Part shown: positions 9,206 to 19,136 of the stretch, one piece after another
Position numbering within the stretch: position 1 is the stretch's first letter
Layout of the letters: each line of letters starts with the position of its first letter
Assembly (NCBI GenBank): GCA_050248855.1
Contig: JBFWRP010000026.1
Location: 1-64,000 of the forward strand
Source of the DNA: Planctomycetota bacterium
Lineage (GTDB): Bacteria; Planctomycetota; PLA2; JAEUHO01
Length of the DNA stretch: 64,000 nt
Direction: 5' to 3'
Translations under genes and position numbers: made by a program
Notes under the pieces: generated by a model
What the model saw: only the letters and a program-made list of their open reading frames with translations
Told to the model about the DNA's origin: nothing
Database searches by the model: none

Positions 9206-11649
9206 TCGGGCGCCGAGGAGCTCGTCTTCTTGGACCTGGGCCAGGGCGACAGGTCAAGCCGCGTCGTGCCGAGCGGCGAGGCGACGGCGCGCCGCTCGAC
9301 CTCCTCAAGGCCATCGCCCGAGGCCCGGACGGAGACGGGGCACGGTTCGTCCGGCGCGTTGACGCGCAGCCAGTAGCGCAGGACGTGCTCGCCCAGCTCC
9401 GCGTGCACGATGCGCGCCACGGCGTAGTCCTCTTGGTGGAGGCGACGGAGGTTCCTCCAGCCACCGCTGCTCATGCGGGGGTTGGGCGCACCGGCGAAGA
9501 ATGTCGTCTCGATGCCGGACCAGCCTCGCTCGGACGGGAAGTCCGCCGTGATCTCCACGACGCGGAGGTGCCGAGGCGAGAGCACGGGCGAGCTTGCGAT
9601 ACGCCCCGGACGCACCTCCAGCGGCCCGTCCCAGAGGGCGGAGCTCACCTGGTAGACGCCGGCGGGCACGTCCGAGGGCGTCACCAAGTGCACGTCCTCG
9701 CCGTGGCGCTTCAGGTGCAACACAACCGAGTGCTTGAACATCGGGTCGTCATCCTCGTCCACGACGTGAACACCGACGGTTCCGTCTGACGGCAGGAGCA
9801 CGTCCGGATCTGCTGTGAGCCGGATCTCCAAGGGGGCGCCCGGCCCAGGCCGCAGAGGTTCGAGGATGGTCGTCGGGGGCAGCGGGCGCCCCACCTGCCA
9901 GGCATGGAAGTCGACGGCCACCTGCCGGTAGCCCAGCGCCTTGATGGTCGCGCTGCCGAGCGACGTTTTCTTCACACGCTCGTACAGGCTCGCCGCACCG
10001 AGCCAGATCGACTCGAGACTCAGGGCACGCGGCCACTCACGCACCATGAACTGGGGAATGGGGTACGGAGAGCGCAAGGCGCCTTCTGGAACCTCCGCGG
10101 GCCGCTTGTTCAACGTACGCCATCCCCCTAGGGCGAGCGGGCCCCCACCGCCCTCGAGCCCCGACTCCAGATGGACAACACCCAAAACGCGCGAGAGGCC
10201 AACTAGCTCCAGCACGCCGGACGAACCCTCCGGCACCACGCCAGGGTTGTTCGCCGCAGCGGCGATGCCCGTCACATGTTGCGCCAAGTCGTCCATGACG
10301 AGCCACGCAGGGTCCACGGACTTGGCGAGCACCCGGTCGCCGGGGACCAAGCCACGCACCGTGAACGACCCGGCGGAGTCCGTCGTGACTTCGACGAACG
10401 GCTGCTCGCGCAAGAGCAGGCTGCGGACCCGTGCGCTCGGCGACTCCACCTCTTCGTAGTAGGGCCGCCCGCGTAGGGCGACCAGTACCGCCCGCATGCC
10501 GCGCACCGGCTGCCCCTCGAGGTCACGAACCAAGCCGTGCAGAACGCCAACTGGCCACGCCTGCAGCACGGCGTGCCCTTCGTCGTGCGCAGCGTCTTCG
10601 TCCCCGGTCCAGGCAATGGGCACGGCCTGCGCCGTCCAGCCCTCCGCGCTGGCGCACACATGCGTCGGCCGCACCGCTGCTTCCGAGGGGGCGCCCTCGA
10701 GGCGAAGCTCTCCCGGGGCGAGCTCGCTGGCCGGCATCGCCTCCAGGAACTCGCCCACCGCATTGGCCGCCACGAGCTGCAGATCCGCAGGGACCACCGA
10801 GGGCACGCGAACCCGGACACGCCACGGGCCCCGCGTCGAGGGCACCGCGGCTGGCGTGCCGACGGGAGCCTCTGGCAAGAGCGGCGTCGCGGCTCCCACA
10901 AGGCTTGGCTTGCCAACGGTCGCCGGACCCGCTGCAGCCTCGCCACGCGATGCCAGCTTCTGGCTGTCCTCCTTCTCGTTCCACGCTCGAAGCCAGATGC
11001 CTGCGCCGACCAAAGCCGCCAGCGCGATGGCAACGGCGAGCACCTTCTTCCCCATGACGATTCCCCCCACGGACGCTGCGGACGTCGGCCCCGCAAGCCC
11101 AAGCGGGCTGTAGGCGAGCGGCAGCAGGGCCGCGCGCCAACCGGCCGGTTCCTCCCCATGCGTGGATTCCAGGCGCGTGCGCAGCTGCGCCAGTCCACGC
11201 TTGACGTGCGTACGTGCCGTCTCGACGGGAACGTCGAGCTTGCGCGCGATGTCGCGTGGCGGCAGGCCGTCGAAGTAGCGCAGCAGCAGCGCGCGTCGAT
11301 AGGGCTCGTCCAACGACACCACCGCCACTGCCACGCGGCGGCCGACCTCGGCGCGCGCCACTACGTCGTCGACGGCCTTGGCGGTCTCGCCGGGCCTCGC
11401 CCTGGCTTCTCGCGAACGGGTGGCGGCGCGTTGTCGCACGAGGTTGCGTGCGCGGTTGCGCGCGATGCCGGCCAGCCAGCTGCGGAGCGGTCCGCGGGGA
11501 GGTGCCTCGGCTTGGAGCGCAGCGAGCATCGTGTCCTGCACGACATCGTCGACGAGGTCGTCGCCCCGGAGGGCGGCCCGGGCCACGTGGCGCACGAAGG
11601 CTGCATGCTCCACCAGGGCGTCGGGGTCGGGAGGGCGCCGATGGGTCAT
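9196..11649 (-). CDS. ECF sigma-70 factor with a TM helix and a long carboxypeptidase-regulatory-like C-terminal extension
   Basis: Sigma2 DDVVQDT..WLAGIARN; sigma4 LDEPYRRALLLRYFDGL..IA..TARTHVKRG; TM VLAVAIALAALVGAGIW; GQPVRG..TDSAGSF. Confidence 0.9.
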   Translation of the reverse strand: MTHRRPPDPDALVEHAAFVRHVARAALRGDDLVDDVVQDTMLAALQAEAPPRGPLRSWLAGIARNRARNLVRQRAATRSREARARPGETAKAVDDVVARAEVGRRVAVAVVSLDEPYRRALLLRYFDGLPPRDIARKLDVPVETARTHVKRGLAQLRTRLESTHGEEPAGWRAALLPLAYSPLGLAGPTSAASVGGIVMGKKVLAVAIALAALVGAGIWLRAWNEKEDSQKLASRGEAAAGPATVGKPSLVGAATPLLPEAPVGTPAAVPSTRGPWRVRVRVPSVVPADLQLVAANAVGEFLEAMPASELAPGELRLEGAPSEAAVRPTHVCASAEGWTAQAVPIAWTGDEDAAHDEGHAVLQAWPVGVLHGLVRDLEGQPVRGMRAVLVALRGRPYYEEVESPSARVRSLLLREQPFVEVTTDSAGSFTVRGLVPGDRVLAKSVDPAWLVMDDLAQHVTGIAAAANNPGVVPEGSSGVLELVGLSRVLGVVHLESGLEGGGGPLALGGWRTLNKRPAEVPEGALRSPYPIPQFMVREWPRALSLESIWLGAASLYERVKKTSLGSATIKALGYRQVAVDFHAWQVGRPLPPTTILEPLRPGPGAPLEIRLTADPDVLLPSDGTVGVHVVDEDDDPMFKHSVVLHLKRHGEDVHLVTPSDVPAGVYQVSSALWDGPLEVRPGRIASSPVLSPRHLRVVEITADFPSERGWSGIETTFFAGAPNPRMSSGGWRNLRRLHQEDYAVARIVHAELGEHVLRYWLRVNAPDEPCPVSVRASGDGLEEVERRAVASPLGTTRLDLSPWPRSKKTSSSAPDRD

Positions 11650-11745
11650 CGCTGCCCCCTAGTGGTAGCCGACGGCGATTCCGGTTCAGAAGGGCCTCAC
11701 GCTCGTGCGTAGCATGGCCCGCACCCTACGTACGGAGGGCCCACC

Positions 11746-13584
11746 ATGCGGGTCTGGGTACCCATCCTGGGACTGCTCGTGATCGCGGGGGCATGGTTTG
11801 CCGTGACCCGTGCCTCGGGACGCGCGCCGCCGGGCGCCGAACAGCGAACCCCATCCGCCCCGCACGTCGAGGACACGCCTCCGGATACCACGCCGGCCCC
11901 GCAGCCCGCCGCGCAGCTACCCGCTCTTGGCGCGGACCAGGTCCACGTCCGCGTCGAGTGGGTTGGCCGCTCACCCGAGCCCGCGGACGTGAGCCTGATC
12001 CTGGTCGAGACGGAGGGCAGGTTCCGGGAGCGGTCGTTGAAGATCCCCGCCGGGGGCGCCGGAGTGCTCCCGAAGGACTGGGGCGCCTATCGCGTGGAGG
12101 AGGCCCGCGTAGGGGGCTGGGTAACGGACCAGCATCAGTTCGACCTGCGCCGGGACGAGGACGGCACGCACGCAATCCACGTGAAGCCCTTCACGGCCTC
12201 CACGTTGCGCGTCCGCGATGCCCAAGGAGCGCCGGTTGCGGGAGTCCTCGCGAAGCGGGGCAGCAGCCTCTTCGATCTGTGGCGTGCCGCCCTCCCGTCG
12301 TCGTACGTCGACGACGCGGAGGTAGACGGAGCCGAGGATGGCACGGTGGTTCTGCCGCGAACGATCTACCCCACGTTCTGGTGGATCCTGGCACCGGGCT
12401 ACGTCTGGCATGGCGTGGAAGCCTCGCCCGACGTCGCCGAGCAGACCATCGTGCTCGTTCGTGGCGGCGACGTGAGCGTGACGGTCGCCCACGACCAGCC
12501 CCTCCCTCCCGGATCGGTGCGTGCAAGCCCGGTGGATCTCGACGGCGACGAGGCGCGACCACGGCGCGTGGCCGAGCTCGTCGCACCGGGCTCGTACCGC
12601 GTGCGTGGGCTGGCGGCCGGCCGTTGGCTCGTCCACGTTGGGCCTCCGGACGACACGGAAGCCGAGTCGGCCTGGACCGCCGAGGAGGTCGATGTGGTGG
12701 TCGGCTCGACGGCGGCCGTCTCCCTGCGCGTGGAGGAGCGTCATCGGCCTCGCCAGCTCCAGCTCGAGCTCCTGGTGCATCTACCCAAGGAGTGGGACGT
12801 CGAACCCAAGATCGAACTCGAGGGTGCGTCCGAGTCGAACCAGGGCATCAAGCTCGGTGCGCAGAGGCCCGAGCGGTTGAGCGACGTCACGTGGCGCTAT
12901 GTCTGGCCCGACGTGGCGGCGGGCCTCTACAGCGTGCGACTCTTCCAGCCGGACCACACGTGGTGGATCGAGGCCCATCGTGGACCTGCGCAGGCCGAGA
13001 TCCATGTGCCGCCGCCTCGCGTGCTCCTCGTGTCCGTCAGGGACGGAGCTACCGGCGAGCCGATTGCCGACGCGCAACCTTCGATGCGTCCCGAGCTCGA
13101 CCAGCCGTTCGAAGCCGTCGGCGGCTGGGGTCGCGCCGGTGGGTTCGAAGCGACACGTGAAGTCGGGACCTACGCGTACCGGCTGCCCCTCGGGAAGATG
13201 GCAATCGAGGTCACGGCGACGGGCTACGCGCCGTGGAGTCAGGACATCGAGCTTGCAGCCGGTGAGGGGCCCATGCGGCTGGAGGCGTCCCTGGAGCGCG
13301 GTGCACGGATCACGGTTCGAGTTCGTGAGGGGGACGCGCCCGCTGCGAGCCGCGAGTACGAGATTAACTGGCAGCACATGGGCGACAGGGACAGCAGCCA
13401 CGGCACGTGGACCCACGGTCCGACGCACGAGCTCGAATCCCTCGCAGCAGGGACGTACCGCATCACGGTCCTCTTCGAGCACGAGGATCCCGGCCCCCTG
13501 GCAGCAGGACGGCGCGAGTGGTCCCGGCGCGTGACCCTCGAGCCCGGCGAGCACAAGACCGTGGACATCGACATCTCGAAGTAG
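11746..13584 (+). CDS. membrane-anchored or secreted carboxypeptidase-regulatory-like domain protein
   Basis: N-terminal hydrophobic anchor; RDAQGAPVAG, DGATGEPIADA, LAAGTYRI; GGAGG SD. Confidence 0.8.
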   Translation: MRVWVPILGLLVIAGAWFAVTRASGRAPPGAEQRTPSAPHVEDTPPDTTPAPQPAAQLPALGADQVHVRVEWVGRSPEPADVSLILVETEGRFRERSLKIPAGGAGVLPKDWGAYRVEEARVGGWVTDQHQFDLRRDEDGTHAIHVKPFTASTLRVRDAQGAPVAGVLAKRGSSLFDLWRAALPSSYVDDAEVDGAEDGTVVLPRTIYPTFWWILAPGYVWHGVEASPDVAEQTIVLVRGGDVSVTVAHDQPLPPGSVRASPVDLDGDEARPRRVAELVAPGSYRVRGLAAGRWLVHVGPPDDTEAESAWTAEEVDVVVGSTAAVSLRVEERHRPRQLQLELLVHLPKEWDVEPKIELEGASESNQGIKLGAQRPERLSDVTWRYVWPDVAAGLYSVRLFQPDHTWWIEAHRGPAQAEIHVPPPRVLLVSVRDGATGEPIADAQPSMRPELDQPFEAVGGWGRAGGFEATREVGTYAYRLPLGKMAIEVTATGYAPWSQDIELAAGEGPMRLEASLERGARITVRVREGDAPAASREYEINWQHMGDRDSSHGTWTHGPTHELESLAAGTYRITVLFEHEDPGPLAAGRREWSRRVTLEPGEHKTVDIDISK

Positions 13585-13791
13585 GTGTGCGTAGCGGCAC
13601 CGATTGCCCTGTCCCGCAGGGACCACGGCCGGGAACGCCTCCTCCAGAGCCACTCGCGGAGGCGGAGCCGAGGGCCGGAGTGCGGGCCGTGCTCATGCTT
13701 CGTCCCCGATAATCCATGGGATTTGCCCGCACTCCGTACGCCCTTGGCCTGGCGCTTCGCGCGCGAGTACAAGTCGCAAGGAGCCCCCGCA

Positions 13792-14517
13792 GTGAAGAAG
13801 CTACTCAAGCTCGATTGGGATGTCATCGCGGGGATCGCCGCGGCCGGCCTCGCGATCATCCTTCATCTGCTGCACGTCGTGCACAGCGAGGTCCTCCTTA
13901 CGATCGCACTTGTCCTGCTCGCGATCCTGCTCTTTCGAGATCTTCGACGAGAGGGACACGGCGAACAGATGGCCTCCGCTTTGAACAGCCTGGGCGCCGG
14001 TGTACAGGACATCCGCTCCACGCTGACTCCCCCCGAAGCCATTCTCATCGGCCCGCGAAACCTGCGCATCGAGACGCGTCGATTCGTCGAGTCCGCTCGT
14101 GGGCACATGGTCTGGTTCAACGTCTGCTTCGCGATGTTCCGGAGACAAGAAGTGTTCGATCTGCTTCTGCGTCCAGCGATCGAGAATCCGCTGGTCGAAG
14201 CCATTCAGTTCATCGCGAACGAAGGGGAGCGTGATCTCTGGGACAAGAACATGGCCCCGAAGATCAGCGAGTGCGCCGGCAGCGGCAAGGTCATCGCACG
14301 CCTTTGGCGACGACTGCCGGAGACGGTGTCCTTCATCCTGGCGGACATCAACTCCACTGGCAAGACGGAGGCACTGCTGAGCTTCTGGGGGGAGCCTTTC
14401 ATGTCAAGGGCCGCCGACACGCAGTTGCCGCGCTACGTGTTCTGGGTCCACGCCCATGCGAACTTGGTGGCCCAGTTCGTCGAGATGGAGCGACGGGCAC
14501 GCACGACCGACGCCTAG
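13792..14517 (+). CDS. hypothetical membrane protein (two N-terminal TM segments plus a soluble domain)
   Basis: AAGGAG SD then GTG (MKKLLKLDWD); visibly more AT-rich codons than the flanking genes. Confidence 0.8.
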   Translation: MKKLLKLDWDVIAGIAAAGLAIILHLLHVVHSEVLLTIALVLLAILLFRDLRREGHGEQMASALNSLGAGVQDIRSTLTPPEAILIGPRNLRIETRRFVESARGHMVWFNVCFAMFRRQEVFDLLLRPAIENPLVEAIQFIANEGERDLWDKNMAPKISECAGSGKVIARLWRRLPETVSFILADINSTGKTEALLSFWGEPFMSRAADTQLPRYVFWVHAHANLVAQFVEMERRARTTDA

Positions 14518-14575
14518 ACTCGACTTTGGCCCCTTCTGAGAGTCTGCCAACGCCTGTGTGCCGCCGGTGGGCGCC

Positions 14576-15158
14576 GCGAACCCACGGTACGAGCACGGCC
14601 GGCGCGGGGCACCCGGTGCGCTCCGTCAGATGCGGCGGTAGACGATCGCGACGGGCCCGCCGCGCGCGGCGAGTTCGCCCTGTGCCACGCTGAAGTGGGC
14701 CGTGGGGCCACCGCAGCAGAGCTCGACGCGATCGCCGCGGAGGTTCCAGCGACCGCGGGCGGCGATCCTCGACCCGCTGGCCTCGGCGCGACCGTCGGGG
14801 GCAAGGGTCAGGACGCGGTGGCCGAACCGGGCCTCGAGGGCCGCGATCGCGCGCTCCCGGCCGTCCTCCGGAACCAGCCCCCGGCGCACGAGGTCCTCCA
14901 CGATGGCCGCGTGGTCCAAGACCCAGCGGCCATGGACCGGGACGCCGAGCGAACGCATCGGAGCTGACACGGGGCCTCCTCCTGGCCGCCGGCATGGGCG
15001 GCCAAGAGGCATGTACGGATCCGCGCCGGGCGTCGCACCCGGGACCAAAGTTGTCCGGACGTCCGGACAACTAAAGTCCCTGGTGTACCGGATATCCGGG
15101 CTCTGCTGGCCGCGAAGTGTCCGGACGTCCGGACGACTTTAGTCCCGGTCGGGCGCCG
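14576..15158. repeat. copy 2 of the ~584-bp direct repeat, including the triple-palindrome element (15039-15148)
   Basis: Offset 5943-5944 from copy 1; palindrome centres at 15060.5, 15093.5 and 15126.5. Confidence 0.95.
14626..14970 (-). CDS. small hypothetical protein inside the direct repeat (copy 2)
   Basis: Paralog of 8682-9026, same length, several amino-acid substitutions. Confidence 0.65.
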   Translation of the reverse strand: MSAPMRSLGVPVHGRWVLDHAAIVEDLVRRGLVPEDGRERAIAALEARFGHRVLTLAPDGRAEASGSRIAARGRWNLRGDRVELCCGGPTAHFSVAQGELAARGGPVAIVYRRI

Positions 15159-15254
15159 GGGCGTCCGAGCTGGACGGATACGCCGCAGCTCGGGCGTCCC
15201 CGGACGCATGCGTCCGGGGGTTCCCCCTCCGGAGTCACTCCCGGAGGTCGAATC

Positions 15255-16457
15255 ATGCGTTCGCTCGTTCTTGTCCTGGCCTTCGCCGCTCCCCTGGCCG
15301 CCTGCGGAGGCGGGGGTGGCGGGAGTGCCGCCGCGCCGGGGGTCGAGGAACCCCCGGCCCAGCCGGGTCCGGTGGAGCCGCCCGCGGGCCCCGAGGGTCG
15401 GACGCTTGTCGGCCACTGGCTGCTGGAGTCGGGGTCCATGCTGCCGACGTTCATCCATGGTCTGGCGACGTTCACGACGACTACCGAGGTGACCGCCCTC
15501 ACGGTCGAGGCGGGCGGGATGGCCAAGGTCTGGTTTCGCGACCTGGTGACGGGGGCGCTCGACGGCGTCCGGGCGTTCGCCCTCTACGACGGCGAGTCGC
15601 TGGTGCTCGACTTCTCGGCGGAGCCCACAGACGACGTCGTCTTCAACATCGCCATCGAGCAGTACCAGTTCCTGTTCCCGCACGTCGTGGTGCATGTGGA
15701 CGCGCTGGGTGTGGCCGACGAGACGGGTCGCATTGCCCTGTTCTCCCGCCAGGCGGCGCTCCCCGACGACGCGGTCGCCGGTCAGCTGACCGTGCTCGAG
15801 GAGCACGACGACGTGCCGGCGCCGCAGTACTTCACGGACGTCGTCCTGTACGGCAACGACCTCGTCTGGGCATCGGGCCAGGGCGTGCTCGAGCGCTTCG
15901 ACCACGGCACGGGCCTCTTGCTCGCCCCGCTCGCCTCGACGCAGAGCCGGCTCCCGCAGACCGTGCAGGGCTCGCACTTCTGGACGCACTGCGGTTGCGG
16001 CGGCAGTCGCGACGCATTCCGGCGCTCGCTCACCACCGTGTTCGACACCGTGAGCAGCGACGACGAGCTCGGCGGGGGCGCGACGTTTCGCGCCATGGCG
16101 TACGTGCCGACCACGGATCGCCTCTGGGTCCACGTCCGTCCCTTCGACGACCAGGTCGGACGCTTCCACGTGCTGGACACGCTCGGCGAGCCGAACACGG
16201 CGGAGGCGACCTTCGCCTTCAACCGCGACCTGCGCGGACTGGCCTTCGATGGCACGTACCTCTGGGGGATCATCACCGTAGGCAGCCAAGCGGTCGTGAT
16301 GATCGACCCGACCACGGGCAGGGTCGTCGCCTCCTACGAGGTGCCCGACGAGGACGTGTCATGGGCCGGACTGGTGACGGTGGGCAACGGCATCTGGCTG
16401 CTCGGTACGGATCTGCTCGGAGGCGGACGCTTGGTGCGCGTCGCGCGCCCTGACTGA
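15255..16457 (+). CDS. lipoprotein with probable beta-propeller C-terminus
   Basis: Lipobox LAAC; GGAGG SD; RGLAFDGTYLW and IDPTTGRVV blade-like repeats; HCGCGG motif. Confidence 0.8.
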   Translation: MRSLVLVLAFAAPLAACGGGGGGSAAAPGVEEPPAQPGPVEPPAGPEGRTLVGHWLLESGSMLPTFIHGLATFTTTTEVTALTVEAGGMAKVWFRDLVTGALDGVRAFALYDGESLVLDFSAEPTDDVVFNIAIEQYQFLFPHVVVHVDALGVADETGRIALFSRQAALPDDAVAGQLTVLEEHDDVPAPQYFTDVVLYGNDLVWASGQGVLERFDHGTGLLLAPLASTQSRLPQTVQGSHFWTHCGCGGSRDAFRRSLTTVFDTVSSDDELGGGATFRAMAYVPTTDRLWVHVRPFDDQVGRFHVLDTLGEPNTAEATFAFNRDLRGLAFDGTYLWGIITVGSQAVVMIDPTTGRVVASYEVPDEDVSWAGLVTVGNGIWLLGTDLLGGGRLVRVARPD

Positions 16458-16461
16458 CGCC

Positions 16462-17454
16462 TCAGACGCGGCGGAGCCATCCGAATGCGTCCGGGCCTTC
16501 GCCGCCCTGGATCGCCACGAGCGCCTCGCGCAGGCGCTTGGTGATCGGACCCATCTTCCCGTTGCCCACGGCGTGGTCGTGGCCACCGCGGATGAGGGTG
16601 CCGACGGGTGTGAGGACCGCGGCCGTGCCCGAGAGCGCGGCCTCGGCCTCCGTGGAGCGGGCCATCAGCTCGTCGACGGACAGCGGGCTCTCGTCTACGC
16701 GCAGGCCCAGGCTCGGCGCCAGCTCGAGCACGGAGGCGCGGGTGATGCCGTGGAGGATCGAGTCGTCGAGCGGCTTCGTGTGGACCGCACCCTCCTGGAT
16801 CAGGAGGAAGTTCGCGGCCCCGGTCTCCTGCACGTCGCCGCCCGGGCAGAACAGCACTTGGTCGGCCTTCCACGCCCTTCTCGCGTGCAGCACCGGCTGC
16901 AGCGCGGCGGCGTAGTTGGACCCCGTCTTCACGCAACCGAAGCCCGGCGCCGCGCGTGCGCGGCGTTCCTCCAGCGCGATGCGCAACGGGCGCATGCCGC
17001 CGGCGAAGTAGTCCCCCACCGGGCACGTCATGACGACGAGCAGCGCCTCGGTGCTGGGCGAGCCGGCGGCGCCGACGCTCTCCAGCGTGCCGAGGAGGAG
17101 CGGCCGGATGTAGAGCGCGCCGGGCAGCGCGGGGATCCGGTCGCGCACGGCGTCCACGACGGAGAGCACCATCTCCGTGAGCAACGCCGTCCCCGGCACG
17201 GGCAGGCAGAGCACCTCGGCACTGGCCTGCATGCGCGCGACATGCCGGTCGAGACGGAACACGTGCACCGAGTCGTCGGCGTGGCGGTAGGCCTTGAGGC
17301 CCTCGAAGCACGAGCTGCCGTAGTGCAGGCCGTGGGCCCCGGGATGGAGCGCGAGCGGAGCCAACGGCTCGAGCAGGGGCGGCGACCAGGCGCCCTCCCG
17401 GAACCGGGCGATGGCCTGGGTGCCGCAAAAGACGCTGCCGAAGGAGGACGCCAT
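16462..17454 (-). CDS. ilvE: branched-chain amino acid aminotransferase (class IV PLP)
   Basis: LHYGSSCFEGLKAY, LYIRP, KTGSNY, ETGAANF, ILHGITRAS, SGTAAVLTPV. Confidence 0.93.
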   Translation of the reverse strand: MASSFGSVFCGTQAIARFREGAWSPPLLEPLAPLALHPGAHGLHYGSSCFEGLKAYRHADDSVHVFRLDRHVARMQASAEVLCLPVPGTALLTEMVLSVVDAVRDRIPALPGALYIRPLLLGTLESVGAAGSPSTEALLVVMTCPVGDYFAGGMRPLRIALEERRARAAPGFGCVKTGSNYAAALQPVLHARRAWKADQVLFCPGGDVQETGAANFLLIQEGAVHTKPLDDSILHGITRASVLELAPSLGLRVDESPLSVDELMARSTEAEAALSGTAAVLTPVGTLIRGGHDHAVGNGKMGPITKRLREALVAIQGGEGPDAFGWLRRV

Positions 17455-17568
17455 GGGGCGCGTACCCTACGGCAGCGCCTCGTGCGCGGGTAGTCGTCGG
17501 TCCGGCGCCGGCCCGGACCACTCGCTACGCTGGCAGGTCCCGGTCGGGTCCGGGGCCCGGAGGCGCGG

Positions 17569-19059
17569 TTGGACGAGGTCGGGTGGTACGGCACGGTCGT
17601 CGGACCCGCGGGTGAACCCGTCTCGGGTGCGACCGTGCACATCCTGCCCGTGGGCATGGAGCTCCCGGACGCCGAGCGCGTCGAGTTCACGTCCAGTCCG
17701 GAGGGCGAGATCGTCCTGTTGCGCTCCTCCGGGCTCGCCACGCTGCTGGGGCGGGCGCGGCGCTCCCTCCATGCCACCACGGCGAGGGACGGCACGTGGC
17801 GCGTCCCCACGGCGGACTCGCGCCTGGCGAGCAGCGGGCTGCGCGAGCACGTCGTGTTCGCCACGCACGGCGGTCAGGCCACGACGCCCTGGCGCGGCGC
17901 GTTGAACGGCGTGCCCGAGCTGGGGGTCGGGCTGCGCCTGGGCGGCCACATCCAGCCCCGGTTGCGCGCGGTGACGCGCACGGGGCGCGGGCTGCCGGGC
18001 GTCCACGCCACCGTCGTCGCGTCGCGCGACCGCTTGGACCTGCCGAGCTACGCGCGGGAAGTCCAGGTCCTTGACGCCTTGAGCAATGCGCGCGGCGAGA
18101 TCGCGTTCCCGCCGCTCGCCGCGCACGCGGACTGGCATCTGCAAGCCCTCGTGCGCACGAAGGGCCGGACGCGCTGGCGCGACCGCCACGTGCCGATGGA
18201 GCGCCTGCTGCGTCGTACGCCGGCCTGCGTCGTGCTGGCGCCCTCGGTCACGGTGACGGGTCGCGTGGAGCTGCCCAGGGGCGTGTCGGCCCATGCGCTC
18301 GAGGTGTACGCGCTCGAGCCCGACCTGCATCCGCTGGCCGCGGTCGAGACGCATGCCGAGATCGCGGACACGGGCGAGTTCCGCCTCGAGCGCGTTCCCG
18401 TGCCGCGCGCCGTCCTCGTGGTGCGTGCCCGCGGCCGCAGCCCGTTCCAGGCCGAAGACCGTTCCGTGGCCGGCTTGGTGCGGTCGCTCGACACCCACGA
18501 GGGCCGAACGCTTTGCCTGGGCACCCTGCAGGTGCCGCGCGTGACGACGTTGTCGGGCGTCGTGCGGACGCCGCGGGACGCTCCGAAGGGCGGCCACATC
18601 CGGACCCGCCATTGGTTCGCCGTGGCGCCGATCGAGGGGGACGGGGCCTTCCACCTGGAGGACGTCCCGGAGGGACACCACGACCTGATCGCATTCCTCG
18701 GACCCTCCGACCTGCTGGCCGGAAGCGGCATCTGGCACGTCGAGCGCCATGTGCTCGCGGGGCGCAACGACGTCGTGATCGACGTTCGGGGCGGGGGCTA
18801 CCTGGTGCTCCGTCCGCACGACATCCGCTTCGCGGATCGGGCCCTCGTCCTTCGCCACTGGGCCCTGGCGCATGGCGGCTACGTCCTGGCCCGCGGCCGC
18901 GACGACGCCGAGCCCTGCTGGCAGGGTCGAGCCGGCCCGTGCTCCGGCCTCGTCCTGCACGCCGCGGGCTACCGGCCGACGCGCCTGCCGGATCTCGACC
19001 TCGACGCGGAGCGCGTGCTGCGGCTGGACGTGACCCTGGAGCCGTGGGACGTCGGATGA
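17569..19059 (+). CDS. carboxypeptidase-regulatory-like domain protein
   Basis: GTVVGPAGEPVSGATV, TARDGTW, DTGEFRLERVP, DGAFHLEDVPEG; GGAGG before TTG. Confidence 0.7.
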   Translation: MDEVGWYGTVVGPAGEPVSGATVHILPVGMELPDAERVEFTSSPEGEIVLLRSSGLATLLGRARRSLHATTARDGTWRVPTADSRLASSGLREHVVFATHGGQATTPWRGALNGVPELGVGLRLGGHIQPRLRAVTRTGRGLPGVHATVVASRDRLDLPSYAREVQVLDALSNARGEIAFPPLAAHADWHLQALVRTKGRTRWRDRHVPMERLLRRTPACVVLAPSVTVTGRVELPRGVSAHALEVYALEPDLHPLAAVETHAEIADTGEFRLERVPVPRAVLVVRARGRSPFQAEDRSVAGLVRSLDTHEGRTLCLGTLQVPRVTTLSGVVRTPRDAPKGGHIRTRHWFAVAPIEGDGAFHLEDVPEGHHDLIAFLGPSDLLAGSGIWHVERHVLAGRNDVVIDVRGGGYLVLRPHDIRFADRALVLRHWALAHGGYVLARGRDDAEPCWQGRAGPCSGLVLHAAGYRPTRLPDLDLDAERVLRLDVTLEPWDVG

Positions 19060-19136
19060 CGGCGCGTGTCGGATTGGCTATCTTCCGCCTCGCGCCGGGG
19101 TGACCGGGGGGTACCCACGCGCGATCGGGGGCGGGC

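Larger units (their letters stand above)
8632..9215. repeat. copy 1 of a ~584-bp direct repeat (copy 2 at 14576-15158)
   Basis: Near-identical from GCGAACCCACGGTACGAGC to TTTAGTCCCGGTCGGGCGCCG with scattered substitutions. Confidence 0.95.

Noticed and set aside
13725..13775. ACTCCGTAC resembling half of a MerR operator before the atypical gene
   Set aside because: No correctly spaced inverted half-site, no 19-bp-spacer promoter, and no merR nearby.
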